26,823 nt of DNA. Origin: Pirellulaceae bacterium. Its GTDB lineage: Bacteria > Planctomycetota > Planctomycetia > Pirellulales > Pirellulaceae. The DNA lies in assembly GCA_041742275.1 (NCBI GenBank), contig JBGSIY010000918.1, forward strand, positions 1-26,823. The letters run 5' to 3'. Every line of letters starts with the position of its first letter. Positions within the stretch are counted from its first letter, which is position 1. The notes under the pieces are model-generated. The model was given only the letters and a program-made list of their open reading frames with translations. It had not been told where the DNA came from and made no database searches. Of this stretch, positions 17,469-25,973 are shown one piece after another. Both the position numbers and the translations under genes were made by a program.

Positions 17469-18388
17469 GCCGCCACTATACCAACCTGGTAGCCAACACG
17501 ACAGGCACAGATCTCGCACAACGAAGTGCAAGTTCAGCCTGTAGGCTAGCGGATCTCAAAAGATGACGATTTTCATTTTAAACGAAAAAAGTAACTACGC
17601 GTTGGTCAGGTTGACGCCTGCACTCCGCGAGCGAGATGTTCGAGCCTGACAACATGCGCCGGTTTGGCGTGGCGTTTGACGATGGAACCAAAAAAATGGT
17701 TAGCGATGTTGAGATCCGTTTTATGTTCATAAGGGCTCGGTCAATTTCCAAATCCGATGTCTTGTGGTGATTGGCCGAGCGACTGATTGTTGTTGTGTTG
17801 ATAAATAACTCAATGAACACCGAGTGTGTTTGATCGGTTAGTGCCACCTATGCGGTGCCCCACCCACACGGCGCCACTGATCATAAAGGCCAAGTATGTA
17901 TGGAGCGCTTTTCAAGAAGGAAATCAGATTCCCGATTGTCCGCGTTCTCTTCGATGCGACCCCGTCGGTAAACAAGCATGCTGGCGACTCAGATTTTCAA
18001 ATTAGTTTAAGCGGATATCGGCGATACTAGCTGAGTCTTTGGATGAATAGATTGAAAACGAAGGTGGGGGTTTTGCGTTAAATTCCTGAGGGTCAGGACG
18101 TGGGTGATCGGTTATAGTGTGAACGGGTCCAACGGTACGGCAACGAACGGCGGCATGTGAAATTAGTTTTTTGACTTAACGTCGCTTAGATTTCTGACTC
18201 ATGAACAGTTAGTGATTTGCCCCACATGCAGCGGGTATTGGCAAAACGCGATCGATTTTCACCAATGATGTTTTTCTAGTTGAGCTCGAGTCTGGTGTTT
18301 TTGGGTCCATGGCCCTCGCCGACCGACAATCCCTGTCGCGAAGGATTCAGACAAATTCGCAAACGTCGCTGATGGGTTCTCCGTACAT

Positions 18389-18623
18389 TACCGAAGCGAA
18401 CGTCGATTGGAAACTACCCGTCGACTGAAACAACTCGAGGATGAGGATGGGCGGCTGAAAAAACGGGTTGCCCACCGCTCTTTTGCGTTGTCACGCAGTG
18501 ACCCAGCGACCAGGGCAATTTTCAGTCTCTTGGCGTATTGCCTATCGAGTGATTGATCCGCTGCGGTCACGCCAACGATTTGAGGGGCAACTTCGGGCCG
18601 AATACGCTCGACTGACCAAACGG
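18389..18623 (+). mobile_element. Decayed IS3-family transposase remnant (OrfA C-terminus plus OrfB N-terminus)
   Basis: One frame reads TRRLKQLEDEDGRLKKRVAHRSF (typical OrfA: RRLKQLEDEN.RLKKLVADLSL). An overlapping frame reads FSVSWRIAYRVIDPLRSRQRFEGQLRAEYARLTKR (typical OrfB start: VSERRACRV....RSTQRY). No DDE domain or terminal inverted repeats were seen. Confidence 0.6.
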
Positions 18624-18947
18624 GCTGTGAGATCGCTTCATCCGTGGCTGAACCGTTGCTTGTTTCCTGATCCGAACGTTCATCGCCTCGTGTACAGCAA
18701 AACGAGGCATTCCAATACCGTTTACCGGATAAGGAAATTCTATGGGTACGAAAATTGCGATGTTCAGCGGAATATAGATATCAATCAGAAGAATGAGAGA
18801 CAGGTTCAACCTTCGGTCTTGTTTGGCAATTGATTGTGCCGCGATATCTACGATGGAAGAGAGGCCGCGACGATTTGGATTAGTTCGTCAAACCAGAGAA
18901 CGCCAAACATAGCGCGTTGGTTCGCGTGGCAATATAAAAACAATTCC

Positions 18948-20462
18948 TTAGAAGCTGAATTGCATTTGGGTTCGCGCGAGCCAGCCTTTTGCTCCTGGTT
19001 CGATATCGAGCGAAAACGAATCCACGGGGGCGCCGTCCAGGTAGGTAAGGTCGACGGTTAACTTTGCCGAATGGCGTCGAAAGTACCATACCGAGCCGAT
19101 CGCACGTTCGTCTGAACTTTGATTCGCAACCCCCAGTGTTCCCGATTCACCCACCACCCGAGACCAGCGGGCCAGCAGTTCCATCTTTTTCGGCAACACA
19201 AAATAGCCGGTCTCTAGTGAGAATCCATGGTCAAATAAGTCAGACTGAACGATTCCCTGAAAGCCGCTAATGTTGCGGAAATAGTATTCGCTGGTAAATG
19301 AGAACCCTCGGTATTTCCAAGAGGCGTCCACCGCATACATGGCAACCTTAAATTCCGAAACCTCGGCGGGCAGTAAGCCGGAAAGGCGATTACCCGAATC
19401 GACTACGCGCATCGCATCGAATTCGTTTATTCCAAGGCGGTCGATCTGCGAAACTGCGAAGCCGCTTCCAACACGAAAGGCCGGTGTTTCGTGCCAGTCA
19501 TAATCGCAAATATCATCGCCCCCCCAATCGCTACCAAAGTAGCTGGACAATCGGCCCGAGAAGGCAAAATTATTGTCCAAATTTCCGCTGCCACCCGTTT
19601 CTGCACCTCCCGTGACCAATCCGTTGAAAATGGCAACTTCCCATTTCTGTAGTGAACGAGGAAGTTGGCGTTGACCGGCAATCCCATAAGCAAGGCTACG
19701 ATTGGCATCGAAAAACATGCTTGCCACCGAGCGATCAGAAAACTGTAATTCTTGGGCAGAGATCGACCTCGCCAAAGAGAATGGGATTTTATACTGCCCC
19801 AACTTGATGGTGAACGCGCGACGTTCTAAACCCCAGAAATGTTTCCCCAAATCGTAGTCCATGTAGTAGTCCAGGAGTCGAATCGCTCCGTCGGCTTGAC
19901 TTCGTCCATCCAAGGCAATCAACCAGGTGAAATTTGGGCTAAACGCATTCCCCGAGAAGATCATCCGAGCCCGCTTAAGTTGGATTTGATTGAAATCACC
20001 GATCTCATTTGCAGATATATAATTCGACATACGCAATTGGCCCCAACCGTTAAGCTTTAAGAGGTAGGGTGCTTCCTCGAGGCGATTGTTATCGGCAACG
20101 CCCTCAGCAATAAAAAATCCGTCGTCATATCCGGCCAAAAAAGGCAATTTTTTGTTCGTTGGCTCTGATGAGTCTCCTCTCAGCGATACGTGATCGGAAA
20201 AATGAAATCGCGGCTGGGCCTCGTAGATTAACGGCTCAATACGTGGGATTTCGGCTTGCACGAAGGGGTTATTGTCCGAGAACAACTCTTGAAATCCGGC
20301 TGATGTCAGCGGCGACTCTCTGCCCGATTCAACTTTCTGGCCGACGAGTACGTTTGGAAAAAATATAATGAATGCTGTTAAAATCTGAGTCAGAACTGCA
20401 CACGAGGATAGCCACCGCGCATGCGGGTGGTACTTGAGGCGTATCTGGATCAAATTGAACAT
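18948..20462 (-). CDS. Outer-membrane porin, OprO/OprP (phosphate-selective porin) family-like
   Basis: GYDDGFFI, QLKRARMIFSGNAF, LLDYY, GQYKIPFS, LQFSDRS, alternating beta-strand pattern and C-terminal Phe (QFSF). Start probably ATG 20462, although the ORF extends to 20576. Confidence 0.75.
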   Translation of the reverse strand: MFNLIQIRLKYHPHARWLSSCAVLTQILTAFIIFFPNVLVGQKVESGRESPLTSAGFQELFSDNNPFVQAEIPRIEPLIYEAQPRFHFSDHVSLRGDSSEPTNKKLPFLAGYDDGFFIAEGVADNNRLEEAPYLLKLNGWGQLRMSNYISANEIGDFNQIQLKRARMIFSGNAFSPNFTWLIALDGRSQADGAIRLLDYYMDYDLGKHFWGLERRAFTIKLGQYKIPFSLARSISAQELQFSDRSVASMFFDANRSLAYGIAGQRQLPRSLQKWEVAIFNGLVTGGAETGGSGNLDNNFAFSGRLSSYFGSDWGGDDICDYDWHETPAFRVGSGFAVSQIDRLGINEFDAMRVVDSGNRLSGLLPAEVSEFKVAMYAVDASWKYRGFSFTSEYYFRNISGFQGIVQSDLFDHGFSLETGYFVLPKKMELLARWSRVVGESGTLGVANQSSDERAIGSVWYFRRHSAKLTVDLTYLDGAPVDSFSLDIEPGAKGWLARTQMQFSF

Positions 20463-21021
20463 TCTGAAACTACCATCAGAGTCAAGCGGACTTTCGTTAA
20501 TCGGTTTTATCGTCAAACTTGCGCTAAAAGTTAAGCTCGTCCTGTGCGAAGATAGGTGATTTGTGCCGCCCTGCAAATCGTCTTTTTAGGTTTATTCCTC
20601 ATATTCCGAATTATCACCTAAGCCGTAATGTGAGGTCGGCAATTGTCCGCGCGGCGAAGGTTACGCCGAATTGAGGGGCCGTTTTGTGGTAGTCAATCGA
20701 AAACTGAAGATCTGCATTTACAGGGGATTGACCGCATTCCATGCCAATATGACATTTGGCAGATCGTTTGGAATTGAACTGAATAATGAGATGCAGGTAT
20801 CGAACGAGTTGGGTATCGCTAGCACTGTCTGTTCTTACGGATCGTCATCTGCCCGAAAGGCCAAGCCCTTGAACAAATGGGCTTACCTTCCATGCTCGGT
20901 TTTAAGTTGGCTTTGGATGGGTTTCGCAATTTCCTGGCGGGGACGGCGTTTGCCATCCAGTCACGGTTCGGCCATTCAATCAATGTGTCAGAGGCTTGAA
21001 ATCATGAGACGACGCAGCACA

Positions 21022-22065
21022 ATGACCCGTAAGGGAACCTCACAATATCTGGGTGTAAAAAAGAAGCGCCCTGGCCAGAGCAGGCAAATACTGCACCGCT
21101 TGCCATTTGTCGTGGTTTGCTTGGGCGTGCTCATCTTATCTGTCGGCGCCCAAGGGCAATCAACGTCTCAAATCAATTCGTCTCATGGCTGGGCGATTTC
21201 ATCAACACCTCAGATCAGACCACAACCAACAGCGACGGCATACCCGGCAGCCTGGTCCAATCTCCAAGACACAAATATGGGGGAAAGAAGTGAGGGTCGC
21301 GAAGGGGGAGACGAGGCCGCTGAGGAAACCGAGGGGCCTGAAGAAATAGAAACCGATCGCGATTCGTTCACCCCGTCGACGTTAACTGCTCCTTTGGGAC
21401 GATTGATTGCCGAATCAAGTTACTCGTATATCGACAATCGTCGGGTGGCTGATACTCACAGTTATCCGGAGCTGTTGTTGCGATACGGTGTGGCGAAGAA
21501 CATGGAATTGCGATTGGGTTGGAACTATGAGGTAGGAGGTGGCAGTTCCATTTTAAGCGGCATTGTTGAATCGGCTCCCATGGGCTTGGGAGATGAACTC
21601 GAAAAAGAATCTCGATTGTTGGTGGGGACGAAGCTGTTCCTGTCCGAACAGTGTGGCTGGATCCCTCAGAGTGCGGTTGTCATTCAAGGTCTTACTCCGA
21701 CCTCGGGAGAATCGAATCTCACTTCGACGACAGTAACTCCTGTTTTTGGTTGGAATCTTTCCAAAAACTGTGTTTGGGATTTCGCGACCCGCTTTCAGAG
21801 TGGAGGAGAGGAAGACGATCGATTCAATGTTTGGAGTCCCTCGACGGTAATCAAACTCTCGATCGGCGAGAGGTCCAAAGCTCATATTGAGTATTTCAGC
21901 GTCTTCTCCGATGGTCGCGAAACAGAAACTACACAGCACTTTATTAGCCCGGGGATTCACTACTTGCTGCGCCCTGATTTTGAGATTGGTTGGCGTGCCG
22001 GATGGGGGCTGAATGACCAGTCCCCTAATTTCTTCATTAACTTTGGTATTGGTCGACAGTTTTGA
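21022..22065 (+). CDS. Putative outer-membrane beta-barrel 'transporter' (Phenol_MetA_deg-like)
   Basis: Signal-like segment (LPFVVVCLGVLILSVGAQG), EIETDRDSFTPS, YPELLLRYG...ELRLGWNY, amphipathic strands and terminal GRQF. The start is uncertain (ATG 21004 or 21022). The first 117 codons of ORF 20671 look non-coding. Confidence 0.7.
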   Translation: MTRKGTSQYLGVKKKRPGQSRQILHRLPFVVVCLGVLILSVGAQGQSTSQINSSHGWAISSTPQIRPQPTATAYPAAWSNLQDTNMGERSEGREGGDEAAEETEGPEEIETDRDSFTPSTLTAPLGRLIAESSYSYIDNRRVADTHSYPELLLRYGVAKNMELRLGWNYEVGGGSSILSGIVESAPMGLGDELEKESRLLVGTKLFLSEQCGWIPQSAVVIQGLTPTSGESNLTSTTVTPVFGWNLSKNCVWDFATRFQSGGEEDDRFNVWSPSTVIKLSIGERSKAHIEYFSVFSDGRETETTQHFISPGIHYLLRPDFEIGWRAGWGLNDQSPNFFINFGIGRQF

Positions 22066-22203
22066 TGTTTCCTAAATGAAAAACAGCTTGCGTCACGGCA
22101 GGTTGGTTATTAGATTGGAATTGTAGTTCTACCGCAAATACTCAAAAAATTTGCTTACGCCTATCGATGCCGATCGAATTTCTCCAAAAACTGTTGGTGA
22201 ACG

Positions 22204-24321
22204 TTGCAAAGTTCAAACCTCGGCCACAGCGAAAACGAAGCTGGGCAAACTAGATCGAAGTTCATTCGTAGTGCCTTGATCACGATTCTTGTGTTTGCAA
22301 TTGTGTTCATCGTGTTGCAACGCTTAACGTTTATTCTTCGTTTCCCGCCCTACGACCGCACCACGATTTGGGTTCCTGGCGCGATGACTTTTTCTGCTTT
22401 ACTGTTTCTTCCATCTCGGCGGTGGTGGACCATTTATATAGGCGTCTCCCTGGGAGCGAGTGTTGCTTATTGGGATGATCAATCGATACCGTTTGGGGTG
22501 GCCCTGGTGGCTGCGCAGTTTCATTTCGCGGCGATCGCGTTAGGTGTCTTATGGATGAGGCAATTTGGAGGTGATCCGTTATTCGGAAACGTTAATTCCT
22601 TGGTTGCCTTTTTGATCGCTGCGGGAATCATTGCGCCGTTGGCCACATCTGGGCCAATCGATATACTGCGTTGGCGGATGGGCGCCGACGATGTGGTGCC
22701 CGTGGCGGTACGGACATTTTTATGTTCGTCCTTGGGCATGTTCATCGCAACACCGGCATTCTATATGACGATATCTCATTGTCGAGAATGGTATGAGGCG
22801 GTCACTCTACGACATCTGGTGGAATTAAGTTTGCTCGTTCTGGGTTTGTTAGTGGTCGGGCATTGGGCTTTTTATCGACCGGCCAGTGGCGAGACGCAAC
22901 CGGCAATGCTGTATGCACCCATCCCGTTATTGTTGTGGGCGGCGATGCGATGGCGTCTGGCAGGGACATGTTGGGCTTTGTTGCTCATTGCCTATCTTTC
23001 TACTTGGAATGCCATCCATGGACGAGGGCCATTTTTTGCCAACGAGTCGGCGGACAATGTGCTGAAGATTCAATTCTTTTTAATGGCGATGTCTCTTCCA
23101 CTGATGTTTTTGGCCGTGGTTGTGCGCCAGCGGCATAATGCCGATTTATCATTGGCTCAAGAAAGTGTCGAGCGCAAACGGATGGAAGACAGGTTTCGCC
23201 TGGTGGTCGAATCGTCGCCTAATTCGATGATCATGCTTAACGATCAAGGAGGAATCATATTTGTCAACCTCAAGGCCGAAAAAGACTTTGGTTATCAACG
23301 CGAGGCATTGATTGGCCAACCGATCGATAGATTGATACCGAGTCGTTTTGGTAAGGGACAGCCACATTCACTTGAGAGCTATTTTTCAGATCCCAAGGTC
23401 CGTTCGATGGGGATGGATGTCGAGTTGTTTGGTCGGCGCCAAGATGGAAGCGAGTTTCCAGTCGAAATCGGCCTGACCCCAATTCAAACGAGCAAGGGGC
23501 CATTCGCATTGTGCGCGATCGTCGATATTTCAGAGCGAAAACGGGCCGAAGAAACAACCCGTGAATTGGCTCATGCCTCAAGACTGACCATGTTGAGCGA
23601 GTTCACGACGTCAATCGCCCACGAAATCAATCAGCCTTTAGGCGCGATCCTAAGCAATGCCGATGCTGCAGAAATGCTGTTGGAAGGGGCAACCCCGCCT
23701 CTCGACGAGGTGCGACAAATTCTGGCGGATATTCGCAAGGATGATCTGCGGGCAAGCGAGATAATCAAAAGCCTACGAAAACTCCTGATGCGAGGTAAAC
23801 TGGAATTGCTGCCCGTTGATATCAATTCGGTCGTTACCGAAGTGATTTCCGTTGTTCGCGGAGAATCGCGTCGTCGCAACGTTGACGTGCAATGTGTCCT
23901 TGACCCAGAGCTTCCACTCGTTCGCGGGCATGTGGTCCACCTCCAACAAATTCTGTTGAATTTGATGGTTAACGCAATGGACGCAATGTCCAATACTCAA
24001 GGAATCAAGCTGTTAATGATTTCGACCTCCCAATGTAACGGATTTGTATGCGTAACCGTATCGGATAAGGGGCCAGGCATCCCGCCAGATTTGCTTCCGC
24101 AGTTATTCGAACGATTCTTTACAACGAAAAAAGATGGCATGGGGTTGGGATTGTCTATTTCCAAATCACTCATTGAGGGGCTAGGCGGGCGAATTTGGGC
24201 GGAAAGCGTATCCGGCCAGGGAGCGACATTTTATTTTTCCCTGCCTGTTGTAACCGTTGTCGCAGTTGGTGGTTCTGAATCTGAGCCAACTCTCCTGGCA
24301 TCAATGGAGTCTCACCCATGA
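22204..24321 (+). CDS. Sensor histidine kinase, MASE1-PAS-HisKA-HATPase
   Basis: Multi-TM MASE1-like N-terminus (IWVPGA, PIPLLLWAAMRW, GRGPF), a PAS domain (FRLVVESSPN...RRQDGSEFPVEIGLTP), H-box SIAHEINQPL, N-box QILLNLMVNAMDAM, DKGPGI, FFTTKKDGMGLGLSIS. TTG start. Confidence 0.93.
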   Translation: MQSSNLGHSENEAGQTRSKFIRSALITILVFAIVFIVLQRLTFILRFPPYDRTTIWVPGAMTFSALLFLPSRRWWTIYIGVSLGASVAYWDDQSIPFGVALVAAQFHFAAIALGVLWMRQFGGDPLFGNVNSLVAFLIAAGIIAPLATSGPIDILRWRMGADDVVPVAVRTFLCSSLGMFIATPAFYMTISHCREWYEAVTLRHLVELSLLVLGLLVVGHWAFYRPASGETQPAMLYAPIPLLLWAAMRWRLAGTCWALLLIAYLSTWNAIHGRGPFFANESADNVLKIQFFLMAMSLPLMFLAVVVRQRHNADLSLAQESVERKRMEDRFRLVVESSPNSMIMLNDQGGIIFVNLKAEKDFGYQREALIGQPIDRLIPSRFGKGQPHSLESYFSDPKVRSMGMDVELFGRRQDGSEFPVEIGLTPIQTSKGPFALCAIVDISERKRAEETTRELAHASRLTMLSEFTTSIAHEINQPLGAILSNADAAEMLLEGATPPLDEVRQILADIRKDDLRASEIIKSLRKLLMRGKLELLPVDINSVVTEVISVVRGESRRRNVDVQCVLDPELPLVRGHVVHLQQILLNLMVNAMDAMSNTQGIKLLMISTSQCNGFVCVTVSDKGPGIPPDLLPQLFERFFTTKKDGMGLGLSISKSLIEGLGGRIWAESVSGQGATFYFSLPVVTVVAVGGSESEPTLLASMESHP

Positions 24322-24944
24322 CAGAATCCACGCCGCTGATCCACATTATAGATGATGACGATTCCGTGCGAAAAGCCGTCAGTCGCTTGCTGAAGGCGGC
24401 TGGATACGAGGTATGTGGTTATGCCAATTCTGGGGAATTTTTATTATCGACTCCATGTGCCGCTCCAGGTTGTGTCATCCTCGATATTCAGATGCCGGGC
24501 CCCAACGGCTTGGAGTTGCAGGAATCGCTGAATAAGCAATCGAGACATTTGCCGATTATTTTTCTCACCGGTCACGGTGATATTCCGATGAGTGTGCGGG
24601 CCATGAAGGCCGGCGCTGTGGATTTTTTGACTAAGCCTGTGCAGCGGCAAGAGTTGTTGTCCGCAGTGCAAAACGCGTTAGCTCGCGATCGAATGCACTC
24701 TTTAAAGCAGAAGGTTTCGGCGTACATTCATGAGTGTTTCGAGTCATTAACCGATCGCGAGCGGGCGATTTTAGCGCTTGTTGTTGACGGCAAGTTAAAT
24801 AAACAAATTGCCACCGTTCTGGGAATTTCAGAACGAACCGTAAAGGCTCATCGCGCTCAGGTGATGACCAAAATGAATGTTGATTCGCTGGTAGAACTCG
24901 TGCGAGTCTCTAGCCAACTTCAGGCTGAAGGTAAGTTGCCGTAA
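24318..24944 (+). CDS. FixJ/NarL-family response regulator (REC + LuxR HTH)
   Basis: IIDDDDSVR, LDIQMPG (phospho-Asp), FLTGHG, FLTKP, and HTH LTDRE...GKLNKQIA..LGISERTVKAHRAQVM.KM. Overlaps the kinase stop by 4 bp (ATGA). Confidence 0.95.
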   Translation: MTESTPLIHIIDDDDSVRKAVSRLLKAAGYEVCGYANSGEFLLSTPCAAPGCVILDIQMPGPNGLELQESLNKQSRHLPIIFLTGHGDIPMSVRAMKAGAVDFLTKPVQRQELLSAVQNALARDRMHSLKQKVSAYIHECFESLTDRERAILALVVDGKLNKQIATVLGISERTVKAHRAQVMTKMNVDSLVELVRVSSQLQAEGKLP

Positions 24945-25129
24945 GCCTGTTTTCGGACGTCCGATGGGAAGGCTTGGCAGGCGCAGATTACCCAGCGTAT
25001 GAACATCGGTCGTACATCGGTCTAAACAGGCGGTGGTAGCTTGATACGGGCGTTTGCCCGTAAATAGGGTTGTCCCAGCTGCGTTTTCTTGATCGCCTTT
25101 CTTTTCCGTTTGCACCAAAGGGCATTTCT

Positions 25130-25149
25130 TATTGCCCTGTCGGGCAATA
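25130..25149. promoter_or_regulatory. 20-bp palindrome, candidate regulator binding site
   Basis: TATTGCCC-TGTC-GGGCAATA has perfect 8-bp arms. Further TGCCC/GGGCA half-sites lie nearby, about 100 bp upstream of the receiver/FGE/sulfatase genes. Confidence 0.45.
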
Positions 25150-25252
25150 GCATGCTGGGGCAACGCAAGGGATAATCTTTCTGGCTGTTCTCGTTTGAGT
25201 GGGCGTCGTGACCGGCTGTTTTTTGACTGGCGGTAAGCGGAAAATCGATCAT

Positions 25253-25524
25253 TTGATCAAAATCGTCGTGGTGGAAGATGATGCAAGCATGAGCTTGGCC
25301 ATCGAACGAGTTCTCTTGGCCGGAGGAATGAGTTCAGAACTCTTCCATTCAGCTGAAGAGCTATTGGCGATGGAACGGCGTGTATTGCCGATTGCCTGGT
25401 GATTGATATTCGGCTAACGGGGTTATCCGGTCTTGATTTAGTCCCCAAACTGTTTCAGCGGGGGGTCGATTGCCCGGTCATATTTATTACGTCGCAAGAT
25501 GAGCAGTCGGTTTGGGATCAATCA
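25253..25524 (+). pseudogene. Stand-alone response-regulator receiver domain, frameshifted and 3'-truncated
   Basis: IKIVVVEDDASMSLAIERVL...FHSAEELL in one frame continues as (A)CIADCLVIDIRLTGLSGLDL...PVIFITSQD in another. The shift is near 25375-25385. The C-terminal KP strand is missing. Confidence 0.8.
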
Positions 25525-25944
25525 ATGGCCAACACCTGGAATGGAGCATTTCCCTACCACAACACTGAAGAGGATGGGCATTGCCAAACGTCACCGGTCA
25601 TGTCTTTTCCGGCTAATGGCTATGGCCTGTATGATTTGGGAGGCAATGTATGGAATTGGTGCGCCGACTGGTATCGCCCGGATACTTATCAGGCACGGTC
25701 TCAAGATGAGCCATGCTGCAATCCCCAGGGGCCGGAGCGAAGCGTCAGTCCCGTGAATCGATTTCAAACGGAACGGGTGACCAAGGGTGATTCATTTCTG
25801 TGCCATCCAGACTATTGCGCCAGTTATCGGCCCAGTGCTCGGAGGGGATTGCCGCCTGATACGGGCATGAGCCATGTGGGGTTTCGTTGCGTGTTGTTGG
25901 ATGACGTGCGACCTGAAAAAAAGAACGATCGTGAAATCAGTTAA
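25525..25944 (+). pseudogene. C-terminal half of a formylglycine-generating enzyme (FGE-sulfatase/SUMF1 family), fused in frame to the receiver remnant
   Basis: MANTWNGAFP, TSPVMSFPANGYGLYDLGGNVWNWCADWY, RVTKGDSFLCHPDYCASYRPSARR, SHVGFRCV. The N-terminal half of FGE is absent. Confidence 0.8.
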
Positions 25945-25973
25945 CCAGAGACTCTTTTGAAAGGAGCATTCAG

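Noticed and set aside
18468-18833. 121-aa plus-strand ORF as an independent gene
   Set aside because: Its only recognisable part is the IS3 OrfB N-terminal fragment, and the rest has no protein-like signal I can support.
20671-21021. Long N-terminal extensions predicted for the transporter (also for RsmF 1620, glgA 6695, tcdA 17531, porin 20576)
   Set aside because: These segments precede the family-typical N-termini or signal peptides and overlap likely promoter regions, so downstream starts were preferred.
25399-25944. Treating the 181-aa ORF as an intact novel receiver-FGE fusion protein
   Set aside because: Both domains are incomplete, the upstream half of the receiver is in another frame, and a conserved FGE Gly is Asp. 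Reported as a decayed chimera instead.
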